From: Eledone cirrhosa
Lineage: Eukaryota
Assembly (NCBI GenBank): GCA_964016885.1
Contig: OZ024740.1
Span: 206,274,001 to 206,338,000, forward strand
Direction of reading: 5' to 3'
DNA: 64,000 bases
The translations under genes were made by a program, and so were the position numbers. Positions 36,685-47,614 of this stretch are shown here, piece after piece (position 1 is the first letter of the stretch; each line of letters opens with the position of its first letter). A model generated the notes under the pieces. The model did not search any database and had not been told where the DNA came from. It saw only the letters and a list, made by a program, of their open reading frames with translations.

Positions 36685-38268
36685 GTAAGCTTATTGCTAT
36701 TAGTACTATGCTAATATATTTTTATATTACAGTCTCTCTTTCTCTCTCTCACCAGCAAACATGAAGTTGTCACCACTCATCTTCTACTATCCCCCCACCA
36801 CACACACTCTAACTTTCTCCATCTCTCTTCCATTACTCCTGACACAGCCTTGCTCCCCTTAATCTCCTCATCTAACTCACCTTCACAGCAATATCTCTTT
36901 CATCATATACTTGCTTCTTTCACCTACTCAATCTATTTCCTTTGCCATTCATCTTTCTCCTCTTCACCCATGTAGTTTTTAATGAAGAGAAACATCAAGA
37001 AGTGAGTATACTTTAGTCTTACGGGATGAAAGACAAACTCAACAATCTGATGCCATGATAAAATGTATCCAGTACATACTGTAATATAAATGGAGATTGA
37101 ACTGAGATTATGTAGATCAAGAACACTCCTTTAGTCTGCTGAGGGCATAACCTCTCTAGTATGGGTGCCATCATATTACAAAAAGCATCCAGTACACTTT
37201 GTAAAGTGGTTGATGTTAGGAAGGGCACCAGCTTTAGAAGTTATGTCAAAAATGAAACATTTTGAGTGAGACATGGTCTTTTGACCTGTTTAATAGGAAC
37301 AGTAGCTCTGAATAACAACTCCTTCAACCCATGTCAACATGGAAAACAGACATAAAATAATGATTGGGGTGGTAGTGGTGATGTGATGCATTCTATATTC
37401 TAAATGGTGTATAACCTATGATAGTGAATCCATAAAATATAAATATTAAATTTGTGGAGCTCATGTTAGTTTGGCAGGTTTTTATTGCCTATGTTAGCTG
37501 GTAAAAACTATAATTTATTTAGTCAAGGTTGATTTTATCAATGAGGATTGTATAAAAGAAATTGTAATTTACAATTTTTATTTTATATAGAGACTGACTA
37601 ACAGACATGACTCTTATTGTAATATATATTTTGTGCCTTAATTCAATTCCATTTACCTCACCAATTATCTCATCTTTGAACTCCAAGAAAACATAAAGAA
37701 AATTTATAGATTGTTTTTCTGATGCTGATTAATAAATGTTTTAAGATGCAAATATTTAAGGCAGTGAATTCACTAAGTTGTTAGAGCTTCTAACAAAATG
37801 TCTTGTGGTATTGGTTCTACCTGTCTACACTCTGAGTTCAAGTCCTGATTTCATCCTTTTGGGCTCATCATCATCTTAAATAAACTATAATACAATTCCA
37901 AAGTGGAGAATTAGTAGAAATGTTAGAGCATCAGATGAGATGTTTTGCAGTGTTTGCTCTGTCTCCATTGTCATCTTAGTTCTTAAGTAGACTTAATCCA
38001 TTGCCTCGTTTAACACCATCACTTAGTCTTTGAGTGCCTTTAGTAAAGTTCATTCTGTTGCAAGCATTCAGGCTAAGTCTCCAGTTTGAGGATAACTTAC
38101 GCCCCTACAACTCACCAATCTAGGAGGCCTTAAAAATATAGTCATTGGCACTGCTCTTTGCTTCCTGGCTAAACTAAAAAAAAACAATACAGAAACCTAT
38201 TTTCTCCTTTTTGCTTATTTAGTCAATATTTGCATATCAACTGACACAAAAACAAAATTCTTTTTAAG

Positions 38269-38397
38269 TTTCTGTCTAATCATAAAAGAAGTTTCATTGT
38301 GTCCAATGCTTACCAAAGAACTGTGAAATACCTTCAAGGACTTGCTGCTGGTATTCCTTGTATATCTCATTTATGGGTGAGAGATTGCTGTAAACAA
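38269..38397 (+). CDS. TP53BP1: 53BP1 exon: BRCT1 core
   Basis: tttaAG|TTT; RTVKYLQGLAAGIPCISHLWVRDCC resembles human RTRKYFLCLASGIPCVSHVWVHDSC; donor CAA|GTAAGT. Confidence 0.92.
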
Positions 38398-38410
38398 GTA
38401 AGTCCTACTT

Positions 38411-38645
38411 TTAACTCTTTCATTACCATATTTCTAATGAAAAATATTGTCTATGTCATTAACTCTTTCATTACAATGTTTCTAATGAAAGAGACTGTCT
38501 ATGTCATTAACTCTTTCATTACCATATTTCTAATGAAACATACTGTCTTTGTCATTAACTCTTTCATCAACATATTTCTAATGAAAGAGACTGTCTATGT
38601 CATTAACCCTTTCATCAACATATTTCTAATGAAAGACACTGCCTA
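38411..38645. repeat. 48-bp minisatellite, about 5 copies
   Basis: TTAACTCTTTCATTACCATATTTCTAATGAAAGAGACTGTCTATGTCA repeated just downstream of the donor. Confidence 0.85.
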
Positions 38646-38830
38646 TGATTTTCAACTTTGCACCTTCACAAACAAACTATTATGTGTGTGTCAAGGTTTT
38701 ATTTCAAATAGTATTTCATAATATTCAAACTAAATGTAGGATTAATAGCAATGTTTCTAGAAGGTTGAATTTGTAATTATGTTAGTTTGAATTGAAGGTT
38801 GAATTATAAAGTTTGTATTTTCTTTTCTAG

Positions 38831-38904
38831 GGGACATTATTAGATTACAGATCATACATATTACAGTCTGGGATAAGTATTACTAAAAGGTCCCTTATGG
38901 AAAG
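38831..38904 (+). CDS. TP53BP1: 53BP1 exon: inter-BRCT linker
   Basis: ttctAG|GGG; GTLLDYRSYILQSGISI resembles human NQLQNYRNYLLPAGYSL; donor AG|GTTAGT. Confidence 0.88.
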
Positions 38905-39384
38905 GTTAGTTGTTTTATTTTAATAAACGTTTGTTGTTGTTGGTGGTGGTGTGGTGGTGATGATGGTGTTGTTGTTGGTGGTGGTGGTGGCGGTGGTGTG
39001 GTGGTGATGATGGTGTTGTTGCTGTTGTTGTGGTGGTGATGATGGTGTTGTTGTTGGTGGTAGTGGTGATGTGGTATTGTGGTGGTGGGATTGATATAAT
39101 TGACTATACTGCTTACCCTAAGTTGAGGCCTTGTGCCTATCATCACCACCATCATCCTTCCCACAACCATCACCACCACTACCATCCTCTTTACACACCC
39201 TTCAACCAACATCTTCCACACACACCACCCATCATCACCCTCCCCACACCCCACCACCATTATCCTCCCTACACACCCACCACCATCCTCCTACCACCAT
39301 CATCCTCCCACCACATCCTACCACAATCACTCCCCACCTACCCACCATCATCCTCCCACCAATATATATATTTAATGACATTCA

Positions 39385-39447
39385 CAGTGAGTGTCACTGA
39401 TGAGAGATTAACAAATCTTGAAACAGTGCTGTCTGATATATTCATTG
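39385..39447 (+). ncRNA. Type I hammerhead ribozyme (minimal, Penelope/retrozyme-like), intronic, sense strand
   Basis: Stem I 5' CAGTGAGTGTCA; core CTGATGA (39397-39403); stem II GAGATT-aaca-AATCTT; GAAA; stem III ACAG-tg-CTGT; GTC triplet with predicted cut after 39433; stem I 3' TGATAT(at)TCATTG. Confidence 0.72.
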
Positions 39448-39607
39448 AGGAAAATAGAGAAAAACATAGTTGTTTTGTTATGGAAAAATCATTTTCTTTG
39501 GCGGCGAGTCTACCCATATATAAACGTATTATATATGTTTATATATACACTGCTCCCTCTCTCTCTCTCTCTTTCTCTCTCTCATATGCTTTCCATTTTA
39601 TTTGTAG

Positions 39608-39741
39608 CAAAATGAAGTCTAAATGTTTGGAAAATTTAGCAGTCATGGTGACATCAAGTCAAGATGAATTTGTCAATATCTGGTCAGAAATCCTTACTAT
39701 TGCTGGTTGTAAAATCTTTAAAAGATTTAGAAAATTCAAAG
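39608..39741 (+). CDS. TP53BP1: 53BP1 exon: BRCT2
   Basis: ttgtAG|C; LENLAVMVTSSQDEFVNIWSEILTIAGC resembles human [29 protein letters not shown]; donor G|GTTTGT. Confidence 0.9.
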
Positions 39742-40623
39742 GTTTGTTTGAAATTTTTTGTTTCATTTTCATTCTAACTGGCCATATCCAGCTAAAATTC
39801 TCTCACCTCTTTCTGTTCAAATTGGCCATAACTAACCACATAATTAACACCTGGTTCACTCTGCAAAGTGTTAGTACTGGTGTCACTATAAAAAAGACCC
39901 CTGGTTCACTCTGTAAAGTATTAGTACTGGTGTCACTATAAAAAAGACCCCTAGTTCACTCTGTAAAGTGGTAGTACCGGTGTCACTATAAAAAAGGCAC
40001 CTGGTTCATTCTGTAAAGAGTTAGTACTGGTTCCACTATAAAAAGGGCACCTGGTTCACTCTGTAAAGTGTTAGTACTGGTGCCACTATACAAAAGACAC
40101 CTGGTTCACTCTGTAAAGTGGTTGGTGTTAAGGTATCCAGCCATAGAAATCATGTCAAAAATGGGACATATATTCAAGAGGAGGTTGTTTAACTGACTCA
40201 TGACAGACTGTGACAACTTGTCCAATCTCTGCCACCAGCATGTAACATCATCCTCATCATCATCACCATTTAACATCCATTTTTCCATGCTAGCATGAGT
40301 TAGACGAGTTGTCCTGATGTGAGATATGCCAGGTCAGGTGCCCATGTCTTACTCATACAGAACAGATTTTGGCTTGGTTTCTATAGCTGGATACTCTTCC
40401 TAACACCAACCACTTTACAATGTGGGCTGAGTGCTTTTTGTTGTCACCTACATGACCACTTTACAGTGTGGGCTAGGTGCTTTTTGTCATGACACCTACA
40501 CAACCACTTTACAGTGTTGCATGAACACTAAATGATAATGATTATGATGATGGTGATGATAAATTGTAAAAAATATTTCAATTTGTATAATTAACATCTG
40601 GCTGCTGATATTTTATGTTTCAG

Positions 40624-40811
40624 GATCCAATAAATGTCTGGATGTTGTCATCACAGATGGAAGCTGCTCGCATGATATCATTGAAGAAGCAGGATCTCAA
40701 CACATTCCCGTAGTATCCACAGAATGGGTAATACAATGTTTAATACATGGACAAAAAGTTACCTTCGATGGTCATGAGAAATATGCCTATAATTACGAAG
40801 AAAATATCTAG
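40624..40811 (+). CDS. TP53BP1: 53BP1 terminal coding exon: BRCT2 end, TAG stop
   Basis: tttcAG|GA; LDVVITDGSC...[35 protein letters not shown] resembles human FDVVVTDPSC...[31 protein letters not shown]. Confidence 0.93.
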
Positions 40812-41016
40812 ATTGTATTAAATCATATTTTATACTTAAAAAAAACTTTTTTTATTGTTTTTAAAATTACATACATTTAACCTGTTGACTGCCATGTATA
40901 TTTTACACAGCTATAGTTGCTGTGCCAGCTGGTGGGAGGAGGTCAGTAATATGACTATTTTTTTAAACAAACATTTATTAACAACTCATATCTGAATGAT
41001 TGACAAACATCACATC

Positions 41017-41022
41017 AATAAA
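41017..41022 (+). terminator. Candidate polyadenylation signal of the 53BP1 gene
   Basis: First AATAAA after the stop codon; position is the only support. Confidence 0.3.
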
Positions 41023-43090
41023 CTAGCAATCCCATCTAACTTTGAAGTTATGAACTGTTGGAAATGATTTCATAACTTTGAAGTTATGAAGTGTTGGAAA
41101 AGAGTTCAAACATGTTAGGACAAGTTATCTCGTCTACAGCACTGAACAGGTTATGGAAGAAAAAAAAATGAAATTAAAGTGTATATTTTTTTCTGTCTAG
41201 CTAATATTATTGATGATGATGGTGGTCAGGATGATGATGATCATCATCATCAATGTTTCACTTACACTTTTCCATGCTAGCATCATGCTCTTGTACATAT
41301 TCCTACACTTACAGGGTGTACTGGGTGCATTTCATCATGGCACCAGCACCAAGGAGGTTGTTGTGCCCTTGACACAACTGAAGAATATTCACAACCCTTT
41401 GCTTGGCAAGTTTTGTATAGTTGGATGTCCTGCCTAATGCCAACCACTTCCCATTGTGTATTGAGTGCATTTTTCATGTCACCAGCCCTAGAGAGGTTAT
41501 CATGTTCATGATATGACTGAAGAGTCCTCTCTATCCTTGTTGTATGGTTTCTAAGGCATGATGTCCTTCCTTAGACCAGCTTCTTTACAGAGTGCACTGG
41601 GTGCATTTTATTGTGGCACCACCACTGAGACAGTTGTCAGTCCTTTAACTGGACTGAAGAGCCCCTCCCTGCTCTATAAGAGAGGAGGATACTTATCTTA
41701 AAGCAGCTTTGTGTAAGGAATGAGTATTGGAGTAAGAAGGGTGGTTATAAAAAATATATTTCTTTAACATTTAGATGTGTCCTTAACTCCACATTGGTTG
41801 AAATTTGATGACAAAATCTTAAGTACTACCATATATGGTTTATTTTAAAGAGTAATTTTTTTCTTTTTTACCTCTTTTGGAAGAAAAAAACTATTGAATA
41901 ACAAAACTGTACTTGAGTTTTAAAAACTACTTTCAGCCCCACCCCGCTTATTAATTTTTCAGGTATTTTTCAATCTCCCTGCTTTTATTCCAGCCCCTAC
42001 TTATTAAATTTTGCCAATCTATCTCCAGTGAAATTTTATTGTAAGTGATTCATATTGATACAGTAGCTGGAGAATCTAATAATAATTTTATTTTACATTA
42101 AAAAAACATTATATATGACAAAAAAAGAACATTACAAGAAATTACATATTTACGAATATACACTATATAATTACCAATTTTGGCTTGGTTTCTACAGTTG
42201 GATGCCCTTCCTAACACCAACCATATTTACAGTGTGGACTGGGTGCTTTTTGTCCTGACACCTACATGGCCACTTTACAGTGTGGGCTGGGTGCTTTTTG
42301 TTGTGACACCTGCATGGCCACTTTAGAGTGTGGGCTGGGTGCTTTTTACGAACGTACACTATATAATTACTGATTACCCCACCCCGCAATCGCTTATAAG
42401 AATTTAAGCAAATGTCCAACCCCCCACCCCATTTGAGACCCGAGAATATTTGTAATTTTATAAGCTCATTTCTGAAACTAATTATAAAATATGTTTTGTT
42501 TTTTTTAACATTTCAATTTTTAAATATTTATATCGAGTATTCCTACAGAAGCTGTGATATTTCAAGAATTGAAGGAGATTTCCACAAATTATTGATAATT
42601 TTTATCATATTATGTACAGTTTATTTATAAATAATGATATAATGATGAAAGATTATTTTGTTTCGCGTTATAAGAAAAATATTTTGATTCATTCAATTTG
42701 TCTGAAGCAGAAAAGTTTTACTATTTTGTGGTTAAGGAGTAAATTGTGTGGTGGACTTAATCCATTGCCTATTTAAACACTACTATCTGACACTTGTGTG
42801 CCTTTAGTAGAGTTCGCTCTGTTGCAAGCATTTTGGCCACGCCACCAAATTTTGATTATCTCCCTTCCACCAATAAATATAACAATAATAATTGTTTCTA
42901 CTTTTGGCACAAGGCCAGCATTACCCAGTACATTACTGGTACTTTATTTTATCGACCCCGGAAAGATGAAAGGCAAAGTTAACCTCGGCGGGATTTGAAC
43001 TCAGATCGTAAAGGGAAGTAACTATGCTGGAAAGCATGTCCGACCCTCTACCGATACTGCCAATCAATAATAAATAGTGAAACATACTCA

Positions 43091-43481
43091 GTTTGGTTGG
43101 GTTTTCGCTTCAGTATGTTTTTATATTTTTATATATTAGGATTTTTTTTAACACTCTGACGTGTATGTATATATGTGTGTGCACGTGTGTATGTACATAT
43201 GCATACATGTATATGTATAAGTATATAAATATAAACGTGCAAACAGACACACTTACAAAAATACATACTCAGACATACATTCACACAAACACACACGTAC
43301 ACATACACTCATACATAGCTTAGCAAATGGAACGCCAGCTGCTGTTTTGCTATAATTTTTTTCGCCACCTTCTTTTTACACACACATTGAGTGACAGAAG
43401 TCGCTCAAATTTATATAGAGATTTTTTTTAAATTTATATATTTTTATTTTAAAATATACTGAAGCGAAAACCAAACCAAAC
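43091..43481. mobile_element. MITE-like element with ~30-bp terminal inverted repeats
   Basis: GTTTGGTTGGGTTTTCGCTTCAGTATGTTT ... AAATATACTGAAGCGAAAACCAAACCAAAC; the same left end recurs at 10972 and 20334. Confidence 0.6.
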
Positions 43482-44580
43482 AATTATTCCAGCCGTAACT
43501 TTGATAACTTTCAGCCAGTATTAGCCCAGGCCATGTCTAACTTAATAGCACCACCTGGCGAAGTCTTTCAAATCAGGATTTGGACACCTTGGCCCATTCA
43601 AGTAGAGAGTTATTATTTGCGGAGAGATATCTGGTGTAGGAGGTTTATCCGGGATTTCTTGAAGGAATTTGTCCAAAGACTTTTTGAATTTTATGGGGTC
43701 TGTTTCTGTTTTAATGTGTTTTGGTGTAATGTTGAAGGGAGCGGGACCAGTTGAGATGAAATAATTGTGCCGTAATGTTGTTATGAGATCCAAGTTTAAT
43801 TTTTGTTGTGGACTGATAGCGTGGGGCCCTAGACTTAGGTGTAATTTAAAGATGATACCAACATCATTGGGGCAATATTGATAGAATATTTTCCATATGC
43901 AGATAATATAGCGCTGACAGCAGTGTTGGAGAGAATAGAGTTTGAACTTTTCTAGTTGACCCCAATAGTCAAGGATTGACATACCACTATCTTTTCTAGT
44001 TGACCCTGTCAAGGCCTGTCATACCACTATCTTTTCTAGTTGACCCTGTCAAGGCCTGACATACCACTATCTTGTTTTGTGATAGACCTTTGAGGTGCTT
44101 CAATTTTCATATTTTGTTTCATGTGGGAGACCACAGAGGGCAACAGTATTCAAGGTGGGGGTCAGGCAAACGTGGAGAAGATAATGGTGTGGATATCTCT
44201 CGACTGGAAAGTTCTGAGAAAGTTCCAGGAACACATTCTGTGTGCGCCATATCAACTTTGCTGTTTATATGAGTGGCTCAGCTTATGTTGTTATCGACAG
44301 TTACTCCCAAGTCTCTGGTGTTGTTGGATGCCACGAGAGTTTCACCTGAAGGAAGGGAATATGAGAGTTTCAGTGCATCTTTTTCAAAGTGGATTAATTC
44401 AAATTTATCCTCGTTCAGCAGCATATTGTGTTTTTCTAACCATTGGAAAACAGCAAGTAGATCTGATTGAAGGCATGTCCAGTTACCCACTCCATTGATA
44501 ACCTTCTGGAGCTTGGAATTATCTGCAAAGATTCTCATGTTGCTGTGCTTGATGACATCAGTAACATCATTTATATAGAT

Positions 44581-47144
44581 CAGTGTTTCTCAACGGGGGG
44601 GCCTAGGGGCCCCTGGTGGTCATATAGAAATGGGGGGGGGGGGGCATATGAAATTTTGGGTGGCCATATGATATTAATGGAGCATTTGAAACAATAAGCA
44701 GTATTCTTAATTTAGGGAGAAAGTTTGCTGATCTGCACGAAAAACGTTTTTACCTGCACACATGTGAGTGCTAAGAAACTTGCTGACGTACGAGAGTATG
44801 CACGCTTTCTGTCTGCATATCCAGTCGCAATGTGTGACCTTGACCATAACGTTGGGAAAATTTCCGGCCAATATTTAACATCAACCTGTGGCTGCAGTGC
44901 ATGAATATTGACTGGCCTGCTTAGACGACTGCTATTGTGTCATTATTAACGCATCACATTTCACACATATAACGATCGTCCATAACAGTGGAGACATTTA
45001 ACATCTGATTGCTGACAAATATCTTCCCTATGGCATTAAATAAGAAGAAAGTACGCCAATATAGCGATGATTATTTGAAATTCGGTTTCATTGAGGCACC
45101 TCATGATTCTCGATTGCCTGTGTCTTCTCTGTCATCAAACTCTGAGCAACGACCCCATGAGGCCTGGGCGACTCTTACAACACTTCAATGCAAAGCATGG
45201 AGACAAGTCATTGAAGCCGCTTTCATACTTCCAAGATCTTCAAAAGAAAGTTTGCTGCCAGTCTATACTGTCTCAATGTTTTTCTAAAGTAGCCGAAAAG
45301 CAGGATAAATCATTAATAACGAGCTACGAACTTTCAAAATTGATTGCCAAGTGTGGAAAACCCCATACGATAGGTGAACAGTTAATTAAACCAGCCATTT
45401 CTGTGTTTTTACAAACTGTTATGAATCACATAGACGACTCAGTGGTCCAGCTTATGCCGCTCAACAATGACATAGTACAGTGACGAATTGATGAGATGTC
45501 CATTGATGTGGAACAGCAGCTTCACAGATATAATCGAGAAAGACCCATTTCACTTCAGCTAGATGAGTCAACCTTTTGTGGAAGCCGGTCTGTACTTCTG
45601 GCATATGTCAGATTCCAAGACGTTGATGCTTTTTTGTTGTGTTTTTGAAACTACAACGACAGCTTCCGATATATACGACCTTGTGGTGTCATACTTATCA
45701 GAAAACAAGATTCCTATTAGATCCGTTACATCATGTGCAGCAGACGGCGCACCTGCAATGGATTCCTTAAGCGACTTAAAGATGATAACCCATCATTTTT
45801 GACAGTACACTGTGTCCTTCATCAGGAAAACTTGGCTTCCACCAGAATTACAGAAAGTAGTGTATGCTGTTGTGTCATACGTAAATTTAATCAAGGCGAA
45901 TCCCCAGACTGATCGTCTTTTTCAGAAATACTGCAAGGACATCGACAAACAACATGTCAATCTTATCCTACATACTGACATCAGATTCAGATGGTTGTCA
46001 AAGGGAAATTGTTTTGCCCACTTTTTCGAATTATTCAATGAAGTTATGAAGTTTTTACCTGAGAGTTCCCACATGAACATCCTTCAATTATTTGGCTGAC
46101 ATTTTCCAAAAACTCAATTTATTGAACAAGGAATTGCAGGGGGTCAAGGTGACTATGATCATGGCAAAAACCAAAATATTAGCCTTTATCAATAAGGTAA
46201 ATCTCTTTTATTTGAACCTTTTTGTAGGTTGTTACAAAAACTTCCCACATCTATCTACCAGCAGACCAGTTCCATCAGGTATCGAGCATCTTATGCGCTC
46301 ATTTGCTTGCTTTGGAGAAGGAGTTCAACTCTAGATTTCACGACCTCCATCAAATGTCTTTCCCCAAATGGCTTTCACAACCATTTCTCACACATCTTTC
46401 TGATGTTAATCCATGCCTACAGGGTGAACTGGCTGAGTTAAAAAATGATGGTTTTGTTCAGATTCTTTACAAGCACAAAGCAACCATGATGTGGCTTGAT
46501 AATCATTTGAGCACCCATTATCCTATTTTATGCCCAACAGCAGTAAAGTTCTTTCTTTCCAACTACATACTTGGTTAAGAGGTTTCAGCGTAGCCAACGA
46601 TCTCTTAACAAAAAAGAGAAATCACTTTGAAATTGAAAATCATGGAGATTTATTTGCATATGCGGTTAACAAAACTAAATCCAGATATAGCCAAGCTTGC
46701 ATCCAGGCATCAAAGTCAACCATCACATTAAGGTTGATGACCACTGGATTCATTCGTCACTTAATTTTACAGTTCAATTGATACGTTTCGACGTTCCCTT
46801 CAACTATATAAAAGCCAGTACATTTGCCTGTATTACCTACTTTACTACTCCATACCAGTCTTTTCTTATACGCACTTTGCTAAGTAACTGGCTATAAGTC
46901 TTTAAAAGTAAAAAAACCAGTATTTCAATCCCAATTACAATCTGTTTACCACAATTGCACAGTGTTTAACTTATTTTCTGTACATTTACCAAAAAATAAC
47001 CAAATAAATCTTTTTGTATTCATTTGTAACATCCATTGTCGTGCTGTCTTTTTAAAAATGTTTGTTTACTTATATAAATATCAGTAATATAACGTGGGAG
47101 GGGCGTCTGGGGAGGCATGGAGCAAAAAAGGTTGAGAACCTAGG
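44581..47144 (+). mobile_element. hAT (Buster/Charlie-type) DNA transposon, full span, decayed
   Basis: TIRs CAGTGTTTCTCAAC ... GTTGAGAACCTAGG; 8-bp TSD ATATAGAT at 44573-44580 and 47145-47152, with central TA. Confidence 0.88.
45029..46735 (+). pseudogene. Frameshifted hAT transposase (ZBED5/ZBED8/SCAND3-like)
   Basis: RQYSDDYLKFGF, CLLC..LSNDPMRPGRL, GKPHTIGEQLIKP, SLQLDES, ADGAPAM, HCVLHQENL, RWLSKG, LNKELQG, GFSVANDLLTKKRN, split across frames. Confidence 0.85.
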
Positions 47145-47531
47145 ATATAGATAATAAAAAGAAGTGGGCCCAACACATTGCCTTGTGGAACGCCACTACT
47201 GACTTTGGCTGGGCTTGATTGTACTTCTTCGACTACAACATGTTGGGCTGTTAGACAGGAAACACTTGATCTATTGCAGCAACTTTCCAGAGACACCAAT
47301 GTTGGATAGATTTTTTTCAGTAGAATGTTGCAAGACAAAGAAAGGGATGTGGTGAGAATGGTCATCAACCCGATCCTCAATAAATTGGATTTTCCATTTA
47401 TGAGTATTGGTGGAAGGGCTGATGCCTTGTGCATATATGTTGAGGCTAAAGTGGTGGCTGATCACCCTATTATGTGTTCCAACAAACAGGCTGAAGCCAT
47501 GCTGGGACACTGCCATTACATTATATATATA

Positions 47532-47614
47532 TAGAAGTGGTTACACAACAGTTAGTTCACCATACCGAGAATTGTTCTCGGTATGGTGAACTAACTGTTG
47601 TGTAACCACTTCTA
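47532..47614. repeat. Perfect inverted repeat, 40-bp arms, 3-nt loop
   Basis: TAGAAGTGGTTACACAACAGTTAGTTCACCATACCGAGAA-ttg-TTCTCGGTATGGTGAACTAACTGTTGTGTAACCACTTCTA. Confidence 0.95.

Larger units (their letters stand above)
43482..47320 (-). mobile_element. Degenerate CR1/L2-group LINE 3' part, interrupted by the hAT element
   Basis: VSSGVPQGNVLGPLLFIIYI (about 47150-47210) continues as ...IFADNSKL...RDLGVTVD (44278-44538) and ...FKKSLDKFLQEIPDKP (43542-44012). Confidence 0.8.

Noticed and set aside
39030-39941. 303-aa His/Pro-rich ORF
   Set aside because: Microsatellite read-through; only 39608-39741 is a real exon.
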